Positions 1 through 12,189 of a DNA stretch of 64,000 bases are shown in pieces. Within the stretch, counting starts at the first letter, position 1. Every line of letters starts with the position of its first letter. The notes under the pieces are model-generated. The model was not told the origin of the DNA, searched no databases, and saw only the letters and a program-made list of their open reading frames with translations. Source of the stretch: Octopus bimaculoides (Eukaryota); the NCBI RefSeq assembly GCF_001194135.2, contig NC_068982.1:16230820-16294819 (forward strand). The letters run 5' to 3'. A program made the position numbers and the translations under genes.

Positions 1-1180
1 ATGGTGTGATATGCCACAAACTGCGTGATCTTGGCATAGCTGGAAAACTTGGAGAGTGGTTACATGACTTTCTGAAAGATAGAAGTCAGGCAGTAGTGGC
101 TAATGGAGCCACCTATATGAAAACACAAATAATGAGCGGTGTTCCACAGGGCACTGTCTTGGGACCATTGCTTTTTATGGTCGCTCTCTCAGATATGCCT
201 TCAAGTGCCCGGATAGCCACTCTTGCAAGCTACGCAGACGATACAAAAGTCTCGCAGAGAATATGGAACTCCAGTGGTGTTGCACGCCTGCAGCAGGGGT
301 TGGACTCAGTTTACAGATGGGCTGAGGACAATAATATGCAGTTTAATGCTGAAAAATTCCAAGCCCTGCGCTACCAACGTCCAAAACTGAATATGAAACT
401 TACAGAGTACACTGGTCCACAGGGAATTTCAATCCCAGAGCGTAAATCAGTGAGAGACCTGGGTATCGACATGGGTGATGATGCCTCTTTCCAGGTGCAC
501 ATTGCCAGAGTGGCAACAGAGTGCGGACGATTGGCTGGATGGATCCTGAGAACATTCAGAACCGGAGGTGGGGAAGCCACGATGGTCCTCTGGAGGACAT
601 TCGTCCTCAGCCGCCTGGATTACTGCTCACAGCTGTGGTCGCCCACCAATCTGAAATTAACAGCAGACCTTGAAGCAATCCAGAGGAGATTCACAAAGAA
701 GATTGTCTCTTTGCAACTGCTCAGCTACTGGGAGAGGCTGAAACAGCTAAGACTCTACTCCCTGGAGAGAAGGCGGGAGAGGTATGCAGTAATATACATC
801 TGGAAGATCCTGGAAGGAATTGTGCCAAATTTTGGCATTGAAAGCTACACCAATGCCAGAACGGGACGACACTGCATAGTGCCAAAGATCCCAGCAATGC
901 CATCGCGCNNNNNNNNNNTTAATATTCTCCCAAAGAGCTTGAGGAATCTGCACAAAGTAGATGTAGGAGCTTTTAAATCAAAGCTGGACCTCTTCCTATC
1001 GGGAGTCCCAGATGAACCTACCTCGCGGCAGGAGGTGCAAGTGAGGGTTGCTAAATCAAACTCCATTCTTCACCAAGTGCCACATATTGTGAGAGGCTCC
1101 CTGTGATAACAGTGTAGCAACACGGTGGTGCATCAGCATGGCCGCAGCTCTAAGCTGAAACTTAAAAAAAAAAAAAAAAA
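1..1180 (+). mobile_element. 3' part of a CR1/L2-group non-LTR retrotransposon (LINE): RT C-terminal half, 57-nt 3' UTR, A17 tail; continues left of the window
   Basis: RT motifs SGVPQGTVLGPLLF and YADD; C-terminal motifs RLDYCSQLWSP, LYSLERRRER and FKSKLD; stop TGA 1104-1106; poly(A) 1164-1180. Clade assigned from motif style (inference). Confidence 0.9.
6..1106 (+). CDS. LINE ORF2 reverse transcriptase, 5'-partial
   Basis: 366-aa open frame with no stops; only a 10-N gap at 909-918 interrupts it. The true start lies outside the window. Confidence 0.85.
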   Translation: MICHKLRDLGIAGKLGEWLHDFLKDRSQAVVANGATYMKTQIMSGVPQGTVLGPLLFMVALSDMPSSARIATLASYADDTKVSQRIWNSSGVARLQQGLDSVYRWAEDNNMQFNAEKFQALRYQRPKLNMKLTEYTGPQGISIPERKSVRDLGIDMGDDASFQVHIARVATECGRLAGWILRTFRTGGGEATMVLWRTFVLSRLDYCSQLWSPTNLKLTADLEAIQRRFTKKIVSLQLLSYWERLKQLRLYSLERRRERYAVIYIWKILEGIVPNFGIESYTNARTGRHCIVPKIPAMPSRXXXXNILPKSLRNLHKVDVGAFKSKLDLFLSGVPDEPTSRQEVQVRVAKSNSILHQVPHIVRGSL

Positions 1181-1571
1181 TACATATATATATATATATA
1201 TATACATACACATATATATAACTTCAGTTTTCATCATTGTTATTGGGAGATTAATGAAAAGTAAGTGCAGCAAAAAAGATTATTCTAAAAAATTAGGAGA
1301 CACAAAATACGACAAGAATAAAAATTTCTATTATTAAAGATGCTTCTGTTTTTTACTGCAATGTATTTTTTAAACATCACAAAAAAATTTCATTGCTAAA
1401 GAAATACATGTGTATTAGTATAAATCTACTGCTAAATTTTCTTTGTTTTAATTTTATATTTTCTCTGTTTTTAGTTTACATTCAATGCACACACAAACAT
1501 CCATATAGTCTTTTTGAAATGGTATAAAAAAAAATAACAGAAAAACAAAATATATATTATCAAAATTAGCT

Positions 1572-1577
1572 TTTATT
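1572..1577 (-). promoter_or_regulatory. Possible polyadenylation signal (AATAAA) of the zinc-finger gene
   Basis: TTTATT on + strand about 140 nt past the stop codon. The hexamer is common in AT-rich DNA, so support is weak. Confidence 0.25.
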
Positions 1578-1715
1578 TCCTTAGGGAGGAAAATGATATT
1601 CAAGTTACTGACAAGAAGGCATTTCATCAGTGTTCTTAGAATGCTATTCTGAAGAAATATCCTCTGGCACCAGATAAACATCTCTCTCTCTCTCTCTTCA
1701 TACAAAAGATAAGTG

Positions 1716-3053
1716 CTATATTGCTGTAACTGTCTGTTCAGCGGCAGAAATGGATTGATCTGAATAACACTTCCGTTTATGACGGAGTAAACTGATTTTA
1801 TTGAAAAATTTATGACCACAGCTTGTGCACTTGTGTGGCTTACACATGTAATGAATGTTCATGTGATCGCGTAAATGTTGTGGACGGGTGAAACGTTTAC
1901 TACATATGCAGCAGATGAATTTGTCGTTCGTTTTCTCATGAACATCTTTCTTGTGCTCATTTAGAGATGATTTCCGAGTGAAATATTTCCCACAAGTTGT
2001 GCACAAAAACTGTGAGCGGTAAATGGCATTTGAACGGCGTCTGCGGGGGAAGTTGTCATTGTCAATTGTAAGGTCAATCGAATCAATAGTTTTAAAAGTG
2101 GCTGGAGCTTGTTGAGATATAAAATCATTTATTTTTTCATGCGACACTGTTGGTAATGGAGAAGAAATCTGACTCAATGAGTTCCCTACTTTGTATTTAG
2201 ACTGATACGATGTTGATCTGAGTGATGACCTGTTTGGTACCTTCATCATGGTTTGGTTCAATTTGTGAGCTGGAGAAGATAACGGCAATGTGGATTTAAT
2301 GGATTTTTGAGCACTTAATACTTGAGATAAATCTGATATTCCTTGATTGGTTGGGCAATACACAAAATCATCTTTTTTAGGCAAAGTAAGAATATGAGTT
2401 CTGTTGGTAATGTCATGGTTCCTTTCTGAAGTTAATGAAGTTTCTGTGGAAACTGACTCTGATGGTTTGAAATATGGATTCGAGAATTTTATATTTGGGG
2501 ATTTCATATCAGTACTTAACCCCTTAATGTTAAAACTGGATGCTTTTTGATAGGAAAGTCTAAGTGCTTTGTTTAAAGTTTTCCTAAAAACCTTCATTGA
2601 GGGACTAGCAGTTCTACGGAGAATTAGCTGCCGTGTTAAATTAGAATTGAATGTCGGTGTTGAGATGCTGGATTTGGACTTTGGAGATAAATGTGGTTTA
2701 ACAGTTGTTTGAGGGTTTGAGAAAGGAGGTTGAAAAGAACCTGGTGCCGAACAAAACAAATCAGCGTTTGGATTCTTAATCTTTGAGTTATCTTTATGTA
2801 AATAAGAAAGATGAATTTCTGAGCCCTGGTCTTCACAGCCCGAAGTTGATTCTCTCTTGGGGACTATTTGGTGAACCAACTTCACCCCACTCACAACTGA
2901 CTCTACTGTAGTGGTGTCTACATGGCCAACCAAGTGTTTCATACTGCTTATGGGCTCCACTTTGGCTATGCTTTGGTCAACAAACTGTCCCACACTACCA
3001 ACAGGAGTTTTCATGTCTATAAGAGAAGAAAATGTGTAAATAATTTGTGCCAA
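1716..3053 (-). CDS. Terminal coding exon of a zinc-finger protein: long S/T/P/K-rich region plus three C-terminal fingers (C2H2, C2H2, C2HC); first in-exon Met at 3014
   Basis: 445-codon open frame. Fingers CTTCGKYFTRKSSLNEHKKDVH, CCICSKRFTRPQHLRDHMNIH and CTSCGHKFFNKISLLRHKRKC (1767-2003). The frame begins directly after a polypyrimidine tract plus AG. Confidence 0.88.
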   Translation of the reverse strand: MAQIIYTFSSLIDMKTPVGSVGQFVDQSIAKVEPISSMKHLVGHVDTTTVESVVSGVKLVHQIVPKRESTSGCEDQGSEIHLSYLHKDNSKIKNPNADLFCSAPGSFQPPFSNPQTTVKPHLSPKSKSSISTPTFNSNLTRQLILRRTASPSMKVFRKTLNKALRLSYQKASSFNIKGLSTDMKSPNIKFSNPYFKPSESVSTETSLTSERNHDITNRTHILTLPKKDDFVYCPTNQGISDLSQVLSAQKSIKSTLPLSSPAHKLNQTMMKVPNRSSLRSTSYQSKYKVGNSLSQISSPLPTVSHEKINDFISQQAPATFKTIDSIDLTIDNDNFPRRRRSNAIYRSQFLCTTCGKYFTRKSSLNEHKKDVHEKTNDKFICCICSKRFTRPQHLRDHMNIHYMCKPHKCTSCGHKFFNKISLLRHKRKCYSDQSISAAEQTVTAI

Positions 3054-3080
3054 CTATAGAAAGTGTTAAAGGAAAAACTT
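3054..3080 (-). promoter_or_regulatory. 3' splice acceptor of the zinc-finger terminal exon
   Basis: Minus strand reads ...gtttttcctttaacactttctatag|TTG GCA CAA, in phase 0 with the ORF. Confidence 0.7.
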
Positions 3081-3198
3081 ACTAAGCTTTATTTAATGTT
3101 ACATACTTGGGAGTCATTCATAGAAAACTTAACTTGATTTAACTAGAATGAAATGGGATTATCAGAATATTCTACAGAGACGTTTATTTGATTTAGAA

Positions 3199-3321
3199 AT
3201 TATAATAATAGTAATAATAATAATAGTAATAATAATTAATAATAATAATAGAAATAATAATAATAATAAAAATAATAATAATAGTAATAATCATAGTAAT
3301 AATAATATTAATAATTATAAT

Positions 3322-3357
<36 letters not shown>
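3199..3357. repeat. Imperfect (AAT)n microsatellite
   Basis: Directly visible; produces the poly-Asn/Ile ORF 3148-3375. Confidence 0.95.
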
Positions 3358-3358
<1 letters not shown>

Positions 3359-6300
3359 CTCCTGCTTTGCTTTGACAGATTTCAAAACAAGTAATTATGG
3401 AGCTCAATGAAGAATCATCATCATCATCGTCATCATCATCATAGAATAGAAATATAAAATTTATAAAGTGTTAAACGAAAAGTTTATAGGGTCTTAAAAA
3501 AGTTGGTTTGTGGGGACATTGAGAAGCATAGTAATGGAAACATTTGCACAAAATTACAACATCAATTTGCATTTCGCATGAAACTTTTGCATTATCCTTA
3601 TCTTAGAGTTTTGAATCCTTCAACTTATAATTCCAGCTGAAGTTTAAAGTAACAGCTGAATACGAGAACGGTTTTTAACTCTCTTCATCTTGATATGTGC
3701 TTTGTGGTACATGCACTCTTCTCATTGATAACAACTTACGTTTAAACAGGAGTCTCTCATATTTGAGGTAATTAAATAAACTCATTCCATCTACTAAAGG
3801 CAATTTAATTGTGTCTTAGCTTTTTCTCTTTCATGTTTTTAAGTGTATCAAATATAATATTCGCAGAGATAGATTTTGAATTAGGAGGGCAGTACAATTC
3901 AAGGAGAATGCGGTGGAACTCTAACTTTCAAGAATATAAAAATGATTATAAAGAGATACAAAAATCTTAACTTAAGATTTACTAATTGAAAATTGAGATA
4001 AATACAAACTATAAACTGATTATGCTTCTTTAGCTCATCATTGCACTGCAGAACAATTGCATATGACAATAATCTTAACCAAATTTGTCTCTTATTCTAA
4101 ATTATTCAAGTACAAAATGTAGATGTGTGTTTCGTTCTCTCTCTTTTCACAGACACAGACACACACACACACACATATGCATGTACATGTGTCCTGGAAG
4201 CACTGCTTCTTTATTCAAACTACTTCAATATTTAATATTTCCCTTTATTTATCAATTTTACATCCATTCAAATTTTATTTTAGCTGGCTGATGTTAGCTT
4301 TATTTCAGACTCTAAGGAGATTGTGACTTCTTTAGCATAAAGAATTGATCAAATCTTCTACCTATTTTCCTTTCAGCTCCATCCCCACCCTTTACTGAAA
4401 TGTTCGCACCATTCAAATAGAGAAGAGACATGACAATACTGAGTACATTTTTATCAATACCTGAGACCAAGTGATGCTTTCTGAATTCTTTACATGCATA
4501 CTATGTTTGATATATATATATATATATGTATGTATATGGTTTAGTTAAGAAACAGATGTTCCTGTCATTAGTTTATTTTTTTGTCTTTTTGAAGTAATTC
4601 ACAAAGCTGATAAGCTGATACCAACAAAATTTATATCTTCCCTCTTCTAAAGCGACACATTTCTCGTTCTTAAGAACTAACTCTAGCTGTGTAAGAGTTC
4701 TAAAATGTCATTTACAAATTTGAATTACTGTTCTTTGAAATTTTTAATTTCTTTTAAGAATTCCAGATAAGAATATTATCCAATATTCAAATAAACAGAT
4801 TTCTTTTTAAGAGAATATTCCGGTATATACTAGCGCTATAAACATTAAAACAAAAATACTGCTAAGTTATATCCAAACTGAAGTCAACAGATTAGCAGAA
4901 ATCATAGTGTTATAAGATTAAAATCCTTTCAGAATTTGCTTTAGTCTCTCAATGTTCTGAGTTCAAAACCTCCTTTGATCAATTTTGCTGGTAACTCAGC
5001 TGGTGACAACAGGATAACTACAAATCATATAACAAGCAGAATTAAATTGACTCTACACATTTGTAGCATAGTAACAATACAAAAAACTCATATTTGCAAA
5101 CTACAATTTAAACAATAACTTGTTTGCAGTAAAAAACCACCCACTATTTTCTGTCAAGATCAGAACCAATACTTACATGTTCACTGAATCCTATCTCTCA
5201 AAACCTATCTAGGTTCCATTATAGCTCTTCAAAAATAAATAGCGTTCTTTTCTAATCTAGTTTTATTTGTGTTTGTAGAAATGGAAAGTGATGGAGTCAT
5301 ATCAAAACTGCTTTTAAGGTTTGGAAATTATCATACTTAAAACTAGGTATGTTTGCTCAGAGATGTTTTTTTATTAAATGCCGTCATCCAGCTTTACCAC
5401 TATCTTCTTTTCATCACCATCTCCCTCCTCAGGATCCCTAATAGTAAAACCAATATCAACACTTTTTCTTATTTTATTACACTTTTATTTCCACACTTAA
5501 CAAAAAATAATTTTAGTCTTTTGTAGTTAACTTTTTACTAAGAAAACTATTGCTACTACTAAAAGATAATGAATCTCAGAATCAGTCAACTAACAGATAA
5601 AATATTTTGTAGTATTCATGTTCTTTTACATTCAGCTTCCAAATCTTGCTCTCAGATGTATTAAATTTTTGTTTATGTTAGACATCATTATTATTAATGG
5701 ATTAGCTTTCTTTCTTTTTGTTTTTCTTTCAGAGGAAAAAACATTACTAATGTATTAGGTTCTGAATTTTGATTAACTTATGAGATACAAAGAAGAGTTT
5801 TCAAAACAATTGTATTTTACCAAGGTGGAATGGTTGTGATAAGTAAACAATGCAGCATATTTCCATAGAATCATCCATCTATAGTTAAAAATTTTTTGTA
5901 AAAGAATTTAAAGTTGCAAGTAATTATATGAACCCAGGTGGACAAGATTCTTTGAGGAAATGGTTTATGTTCTAAGTAGTACAGTTAACTTTTACTTTCA
6001 GAAACACTTAATGGTAACTTGAAGAAAAGCATTATCTTTTTTTTTTTTTTTTTTTTNNNNNNNNNNNNNNNNNNNNNNNNNNNNNNNNNNNNNNNNNNNN
6101 NNNNNNNNNNNNNNNNNNNNNNNNNNNNNNNNNNNNNNNNNNNNNNNNNNNNNNNNNNNNNNNNNNNNNNNNNNNNNNNNNNNNNNNNNNNNNNNNNNNN
6201 NNNNNNNNNNNNNNNNNNNNNNNNNNNNNNNNNNNNNNNNNNNNNNNNNNNNNNNNNNNNNNNNNNNNNNNNNNNNNNNNNNNNNNNNNNNNNNNNNNNN

Positions 6301-7316
6301 NNNNNNNNNNNNNNNNNNNNNNNNNNNNNNNNNNNNNNNNNNNNNNNNNNNNNNNNNNNNNNNNNNNNNNNNNNNNNNNNNNNNNNNNNNNNNNNNNNNN
6401 NNNNNNNNNNNNNNNNNNNNNNNNNNNNNNNNNNNNNNNNNNNNNNNNNNNNNNNNNNNNNNNNNNNNNNNNNNNNNNNNNNNNNNNNNNNNNNNNNNNN
6501 ACAGATGCACACACACACAAACACACACATGTACACACACCGACACTGTTGCAGAACTTCAATTTTATACATTGTCATATTTCAACAAAAAATAGTAAAA
6601 TAACTAATAAAAACACAGACTGCTTTGTTTGTTGTTGCTTTGCTTTTTTTTCCTTTTCATTAGCTAATGCAAACACCGGGGGGGGGGGGGTCAGTGCTTT
6701 ATACTTATAGGTCATAAATTCTTAAAATCAATGCAAGCCTTTCATTGTCTTTAGAGATGGTTTATTCTACATGTAACAGTTTAGAGAACACTATGGAGAA
6801 AATTACAGTAAAATGTTATTCTATCCAGAAGATACTTATCTCTCACCTGCTGATCATTGCAGAAACTAGAATAAAATAGACCTAACAGAAGTCACGGTTT
6901 ATGAATTTGATGATGATATTAATGTTAGTTATGGTTTATGAATATGAGTGTTATATATAGTAAAAATTATTACAATGGTACAGCAAAATTTTTGTTTGCA
7001 ATCTCACATGGTCTTGTGCAGCTAAACTCAAACCTTTGCTCTTTAGTTGCCATACAGTATCTTATTTATTCCACCCCCACCTCTCTTGATATATCACACT
7101 TTTTATATTCAAGATATTTATTTAGATATCTGTTTGGTGAATATGAACGTTCTTAACAATACTTATGGAAATCTTCAGCACAATAAATAAATCATTTGCA
7201 AGTGATCTATATATTATCACACAATTATTCTTGAAGTACACAAAGAATGCAAAACATCCAAGAGACCTACTGAAGCCCTTTTAGTGAGGTATAAAAGATT
7301 TATGAAACACCTACTC

Positions 7317-7378
<62 letters not shown>

Positions 7379-7629
7379 TGTATATGCTAATGAAAGAGAA
7401 GTTGTGAGACATCCACTTATGTCTGCTTCCAATGAATGCAATGTATAATAACACAATATCTACCATTTTTCAAAGAAGGCAGCAGTTGTATTAACCTTAA
7501 AGGAAGTATAAGAACTCTCAGCTGAGAAGTATTACTGAAAGGATAGAAAAGTACATTAATGAAATCAAAGCTTCCTAAACTATTTCTCCTTTTCAAGATT
7601 TATACCACAAAAAGTAAATAAAAACTTTT

Positions 7630-8290
7630 ATTATTAGTACTATTGTTATTGTTATTATTATCATCATCATCATTGTCATCATCATTATTATTTTCTTTTC
7701 AATTGTTTCCTGTGAGTTTTCCCAGTATGACCAGGTGGAATTCTATATTCCTGATGTGTTAGTCTTATTGTTCGTAAGAGAGCTAATTTTCTATGTTATC
7801 TTTTGTTTCTCTTAGCCACTATGATGCTGTATTTAATGCTGTTTTTCTTTGCAGTGTAAACTTTTATGGTATTGCACACTGACTGAATAGAACATGTGCT
7901 GAACTAAGTTGTGTTAATGTAACTAGAGAGTGACATGTAGGATGTATGCTATACTGCGATGACTGTGGCTATTTTTCAGATTATATATAAAACTGTAAGC
8001 CACGGTGTGCTTTATGAATTCTTGTTCATCTTCCTTATCCTCCTCGCACTTAGAAGACTATGTATTATGAGAACTACTTTTTATTCCCATACACAACATA
8101 TTGCATATTTCCAATTCAATATGCTTGTACTTTGCTCTGTTTGCAACTTCTTTAGAAGTAGTGTTTTAATCAAAATGGATCAAAATGTCGAGCACAGGTT
8201 CTCATTTTGGTCCTTGATTATCATATCTGGACAGTTTTCTTTCATCTCCTTGTCAGTCCCAACAACTGTTTTCCAGTGTATCTGCTGTTA
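7630..8290 (-). mobile_element. Decayed 3' end of an R4/Dong-like LINE (REL endonuclease) with (AAT/GAT)n tail
   Basis: Minus translation WKTVVGTDKEMKENCPDMIIKDQ...SKEVANRAKYKHIELEICNM matches the PD..D..KE..K..KY restriction-like endonuclease motif; trinucleotide tail about 7630-7690. Confidence 0.7.
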
Positions 8291-8440
8291 CTCAATACTG
8301 CTACTTTTTATATTTATATAGTTTGTAATTTGATACATAAGTCCAAACTAAGACCTTACACACACACACACACACAAATGTATATATGCACATCTATATA
8401 TGTATATATATGTGTGTGTGTGTGTATGTATATATGTATA

Positions 8441-8664
8441 TCATCATCATCATCGTTTAACGTCTGCTTTCCATGCTAGCATGGGTTGGACGATTTGACT
8501 GACGACTGGTGAAACCAGATGGCTACACCAGGCTCCAATCTGATTTGGCAGAGTTTCTACAGCTGGATGCCCTTCCTAACGCCAACCACTCCGAGAGTGT
8601 AGTGGGTGCTTTATGTGCCACCGGCACGAAGGCCAGTCAGGTGGTACTGGCAATGGCCACGCTC
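8441..8664 (-). mobile_element. Repeat family B (RTE-tail-like retroposon), young copy
   Basis: (GAT)n tail, palindrome CCATGCTAGCATGG (8471-8484) and TTAGGAAGGGCATCCAGCTGTAGAAAC motif; near-identical to copies at 30361 and 53144. Confidence 0.85.
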
Positions 8665-9295
8665 ATATATATATATATATCATCATCATCATCATCATCG
8701 TTTAAATATAAATGGAACAAAAACGCAATGGAGGGCATTAAAACATTCAGAGAGATTGACGATACAAAGGCAAACAAGAGAAACAAAAATTAGAAGGACA
8801 GGCAAAAAAAAAAGATGGGTCATTCGTGGCTTTCTTTCCTCAGTCAAGAACCCAGAAGTCACGACTATTTTGGGCAATTACACTTGAGATGTAGAAAAGC
8901 ATTCAATCAGCTAAGAGAGTAAAGATAAATTAAAAACCACAAATCTTGCAATTAAAGCTACCCAGGGTTTCCTGGTCAAATTAATAATTTATTCTGCCAT
9001 TTACCAAGCTGAAAGCAAGCCTGTTTGTCACTTGTCAAATGAAAACACAAATTTGAAGAATGAGATTTTTTCTTTATGTCCACGTTTCCAAAAATACACC
9101 TTGTTGGAATTTAAAAGTAGACCACCAGATACGTAGTGAACCATTAACTTCTGGTTTACATCTGCATAATGCTGAATTATTGTAATGTAGATTATCTCCC
9201 TTGTGTTTTTTCTTTTGTCTTCTTTACAGGTGTCTCTTGTTTCAACGTTATCTGCTCAAAAGACAACTGACAAATGGTCTTGCTTCTACATACAA

Positions 9296-9461
9296 CAGGC
9301 TTCTTTCAGTTTCTGTCTATCAAATCCACTCACAAGGCTTTAGTCAGCCTGAGGCTACAGTAAAAGACACTTTCCCAAGGAGCTATGCAGTAGGAATTAG
9401 GAATGAACCCGGAACCATGTTGTTGTGAAGCAAACATTTTACCACACAGCCACACCTGCAC
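9296..9461 (-). mobile_element. SINE family A, tRNA-like head and core
   Basis: Minus strand GTGGCTGTGTGGT (A-box-like)...GGTTCATTCC (B-box-like)...CCTTGGGAAAGTGTC core; homologous to other A copies. Confidence 0.8.
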
Positions 9462-9744
9462 ACATATATATATATATATATANNNNNNNNNNNNNNNNNN
9501 NNNNNNNNNNNNNNNNNNNNNNNNNNNNNNNNNNNNNNNNNNNNNNNNNNNNNNNNNNNNNNNNNNNNNNNNNNNNNNNNNNNNNNNNNNNNNNNNNNNN
9601 NNNNNNNNNNNNNNNNNNNNNNNNNNNNNNNNNNNNNNNNNNNNNNNNNNNNNNNNNNNNNNNNNNNNNNNNNNNNNNNNNNNNNNNNNNNNNNNNNNNN
9701 NNNNNNNNNNNNNNNNNNNNNNNNNNNNNNNNNNNNNNNNNTAT

Positions 9745-9778
<34 letters not shown>

Positions 9779-10501
9779 ATATCACCAATACCATCATTAT
9801 CATCATTTTAATGCCCACTTTTCCATACATCCTTGGGTTGGATGGAATTTACTGAAGCAGATTTTCTATGGCTAGATGCCTTTCCCGTCCCCAACCTTCA
9901 CTTGCTTTAGAACAAGGCAATATTTTCCCATGGCCTGACATGCTTTTGATTCACTTCAACATTTAAATTTAATTTGTCAAAATATTTTCTTCGCTTTGAG
10001 ACTGCAACCTGTTCACTGACAAAATTCCATGCTAGCACCTTATAAACACCTTCCACGCAGCAATTGTTTTTGTTTCAGCACACGATTTGAGATCAGGTCA
10101 CTTGCTATGCAAGTCCATCTCTGTATATCAAATGAAGTCAAGCCAAAATATGATATTGTGAATGCATTAATGCATTTAGTATGCATGTTTCGGATAATTG
10201 CACTTCCTCATTTAAAACATACCAAAATATGAAGCAATTGATAGCATTCTTCCTTTAGGACTAGCCATAAAAGGCTCTGATGGGGCCTTTCATGGCAAGT
10301 CAATCCTAAATCAATTAAAATGGAGAGTATAACAAGTATTTCAAGTGGTTTGTTCTATTTGAATCAGGTAAGAAATTCTGGTAACAAGCATCACATCTAA
10401 GCATAATACAAATTACACATATACACATACATGTATAGAAAGGTATATATTTACACACATGCAAATATTTGTGCACACACACAAACACGCACACACATTT
10501 A

Positions 10502-11784
10502 CAAAGCTTGGTCCAAAGTAATGCAGAAGGGGGCATAACATTTTTTTAATTGATAGAGACCATTCAAGTTGTATATGATGGTAGAATAACTCTTTCTCTC
10601 TAAAAAGCTATTGTTAAACATAGTTCCTATCACAAGAAATCCATTTGTGGTATTGTTGAAACCAAATCTTGAATTTTCTTTTGTAAAAATCCAGGTGTGT
10701 ACACTGGTGTAAACTTCACAGCAACTTTTACCATGCCTGTGTCATTAGGTCATTGTGCTCAAAAACTATCCTTCATTAGACCAAAAAGGTGAAAGTCAGA
10801 AAATATGAGATCCAAGCAGTATAATGGACAGGGGTGGGGGCCACTGACTGACCCTGTTTGCCAATTGCCTGATTTGTTGCTAAAGATGTGTGTGGTCATG
10901 TACTGCCATGGAGAATTTGGGTTAATTTTGGATTCATTTTCAATCTCTTCCTCCTAACAACATCTCAAAGCTCCGTGAGTATCTCAGTGTACCACTCATT
11001 TTTTATGAAACTGCCATTTTCCCAGAAACTCAATGAGAATGATTCACTTGTAAATCAAAAGTAGCCATCATGACTTTCTGTTTTATCGTTGGTTCTTGGA
11101 CTTCTTAGGCTATGGAGAAGAGGAGTGACATCATTCTATGGATTGAAGAATTTTCCCCCAACTCATAGAAGTATGGCTATGTTTGATTCTTCTCACCAAA
11201 TCAGGGCAAAACATGTCTCCATTCGCTTCAAATGGTCCCAGCACATCAGAACAGACTTTGACCCGTCTCTTCTTTTAACCGAGTGTCACCTACCGAGGTA
11301 CATACACTGCACATACTTTCTGATTCCCAAAGTCTTCAGCCATCTTATGTAATACATTCTGACACCATTCAAGTCATACAGCAAGTTCGTACATTGTGAC
11401 TCATCTGTCCTTATGAGTCAAGTCATCCATTTGCTGGTGAGTCTTCTCATGAGTTGCACTTGATGATCCCCACTGTTTGGTTTTCGTTCAAGGCTTCTTT
11501 CCCCTTTTTTAAAATTCTTTCTCAACCTGTGCACGTTGCTCTTGCCAGTAGAACTACCATTCTAAACAACCTGTAGCCTTCTGTAGATGCTGTCAGCCTG
11601 CACCCTTACTTCATTAAAAATTCAACGATGGCATGTTGCTTCTACTAGGAACTCATTATTTGCCTGCAATGAAGAAAACAGGAAGAAGAGTTACTGTACC
11701 GATATGTGCAATTCCAATAACCTATGTCAGTCAAAAAACAAAAATCTTATGCCCAATCCTGCATTACTTTTACTACAACACTCA
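10502..11784 (-). mobile_element. Full-length but decayed mariner-type transposon (about 1.28 kb) with transposase pseudogene
   Basis: Frameshifted translation gives QHAIVEFL..IYRRLQ..KSNVHR..KKGERSLERKPNSG, LHGST*PHTSLAT and LYCLDLIFSDFHLFG..; imperfect TIRs containing AAAGTAATGCAG.A..GGGCATAA at both ends; TA at 11785-11786. Confidence 0.8.
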
Positions 11785-11984
11785 TATATCACACACACAC
11801 ACACACACACGGCTGTACATATATATATATATATAGGGGGAGAATTCACAAAAAAAAAAAGATGAAGACAGGTGGTGTAGAAAACAAACTGATGTATTAG
11901 TATAACGCTCGGGAAGTGAAAAAGTCTTTATATATGTATGTATATATATGCATGTATGTATGTATGTATGTATGTATGTATGTA

Positions 11985-12172
11985 CAGGGTGTCCAAGGGC
12001 TAAATTTGATGATCTTTTTTATGTCTGTTTTGATTTTGTCGACTACACAGTATGGTAGGGTCAGTTGGGCACCATCTGTGAGAAAAACAGCACTATGACA
12101 CAATTCACTCTGCCAGAAATTTGGAAACGACATGCTGTATTGCTTGACATTCACACCGGCATAGTAGCGAGC
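11985..12172 (+). mobile_element. 5' stub of a second Tc1/mariner-superfamily element (maT/rosa-like terminus)
   Basis: TA|CAGGGTGTCC terminus followed by ATG at 12095 (MTQFTLPEIWKRHAVLLDIHTG), then truncated. Subfamily is from recall. Confidence 0.5.
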
Positions 12173-12189
12173 AAAAAAAAAAAAAAGAG

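Noticed and set aside
3051-3053. TTG start codon called by the ORF track for the zinc-finger ORF
   Set aside because: Eukaryotic context; the codon directly follows a splice acceptor, so it is an exon boundary, not initiation.
5985-6603. Long ORFs spanning N runs (also about 9330-9855, 13406-13908, 36805-37700, 46769-47201, 48297-49277, 53838-55110)
   Set aside because: Artefacts of assembly gaps and dinucleotide repeats (poly-[13 protein letters not shown]).
6678-6690. Poly-G runs as G-quadruplex elements (also 31317-31336)
   Set aside because: Simple homopolymers, one abutting a gap; could be sequencing artefacts.
6847-6865. 19-nt minus-strand micro-exon (ttttattctag|...CAG|gtgaga)
   Set aside because: It would shift the frame between the 18341 candidate exon and the terminal exon, and its own ATG is out of frame; no other support.
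11835-11930. Short repeat-like segment as a Penelope-type end
   Set aside because: Only about 95 nt, truncated by a microsatellite, with no diagnostic motif visible.
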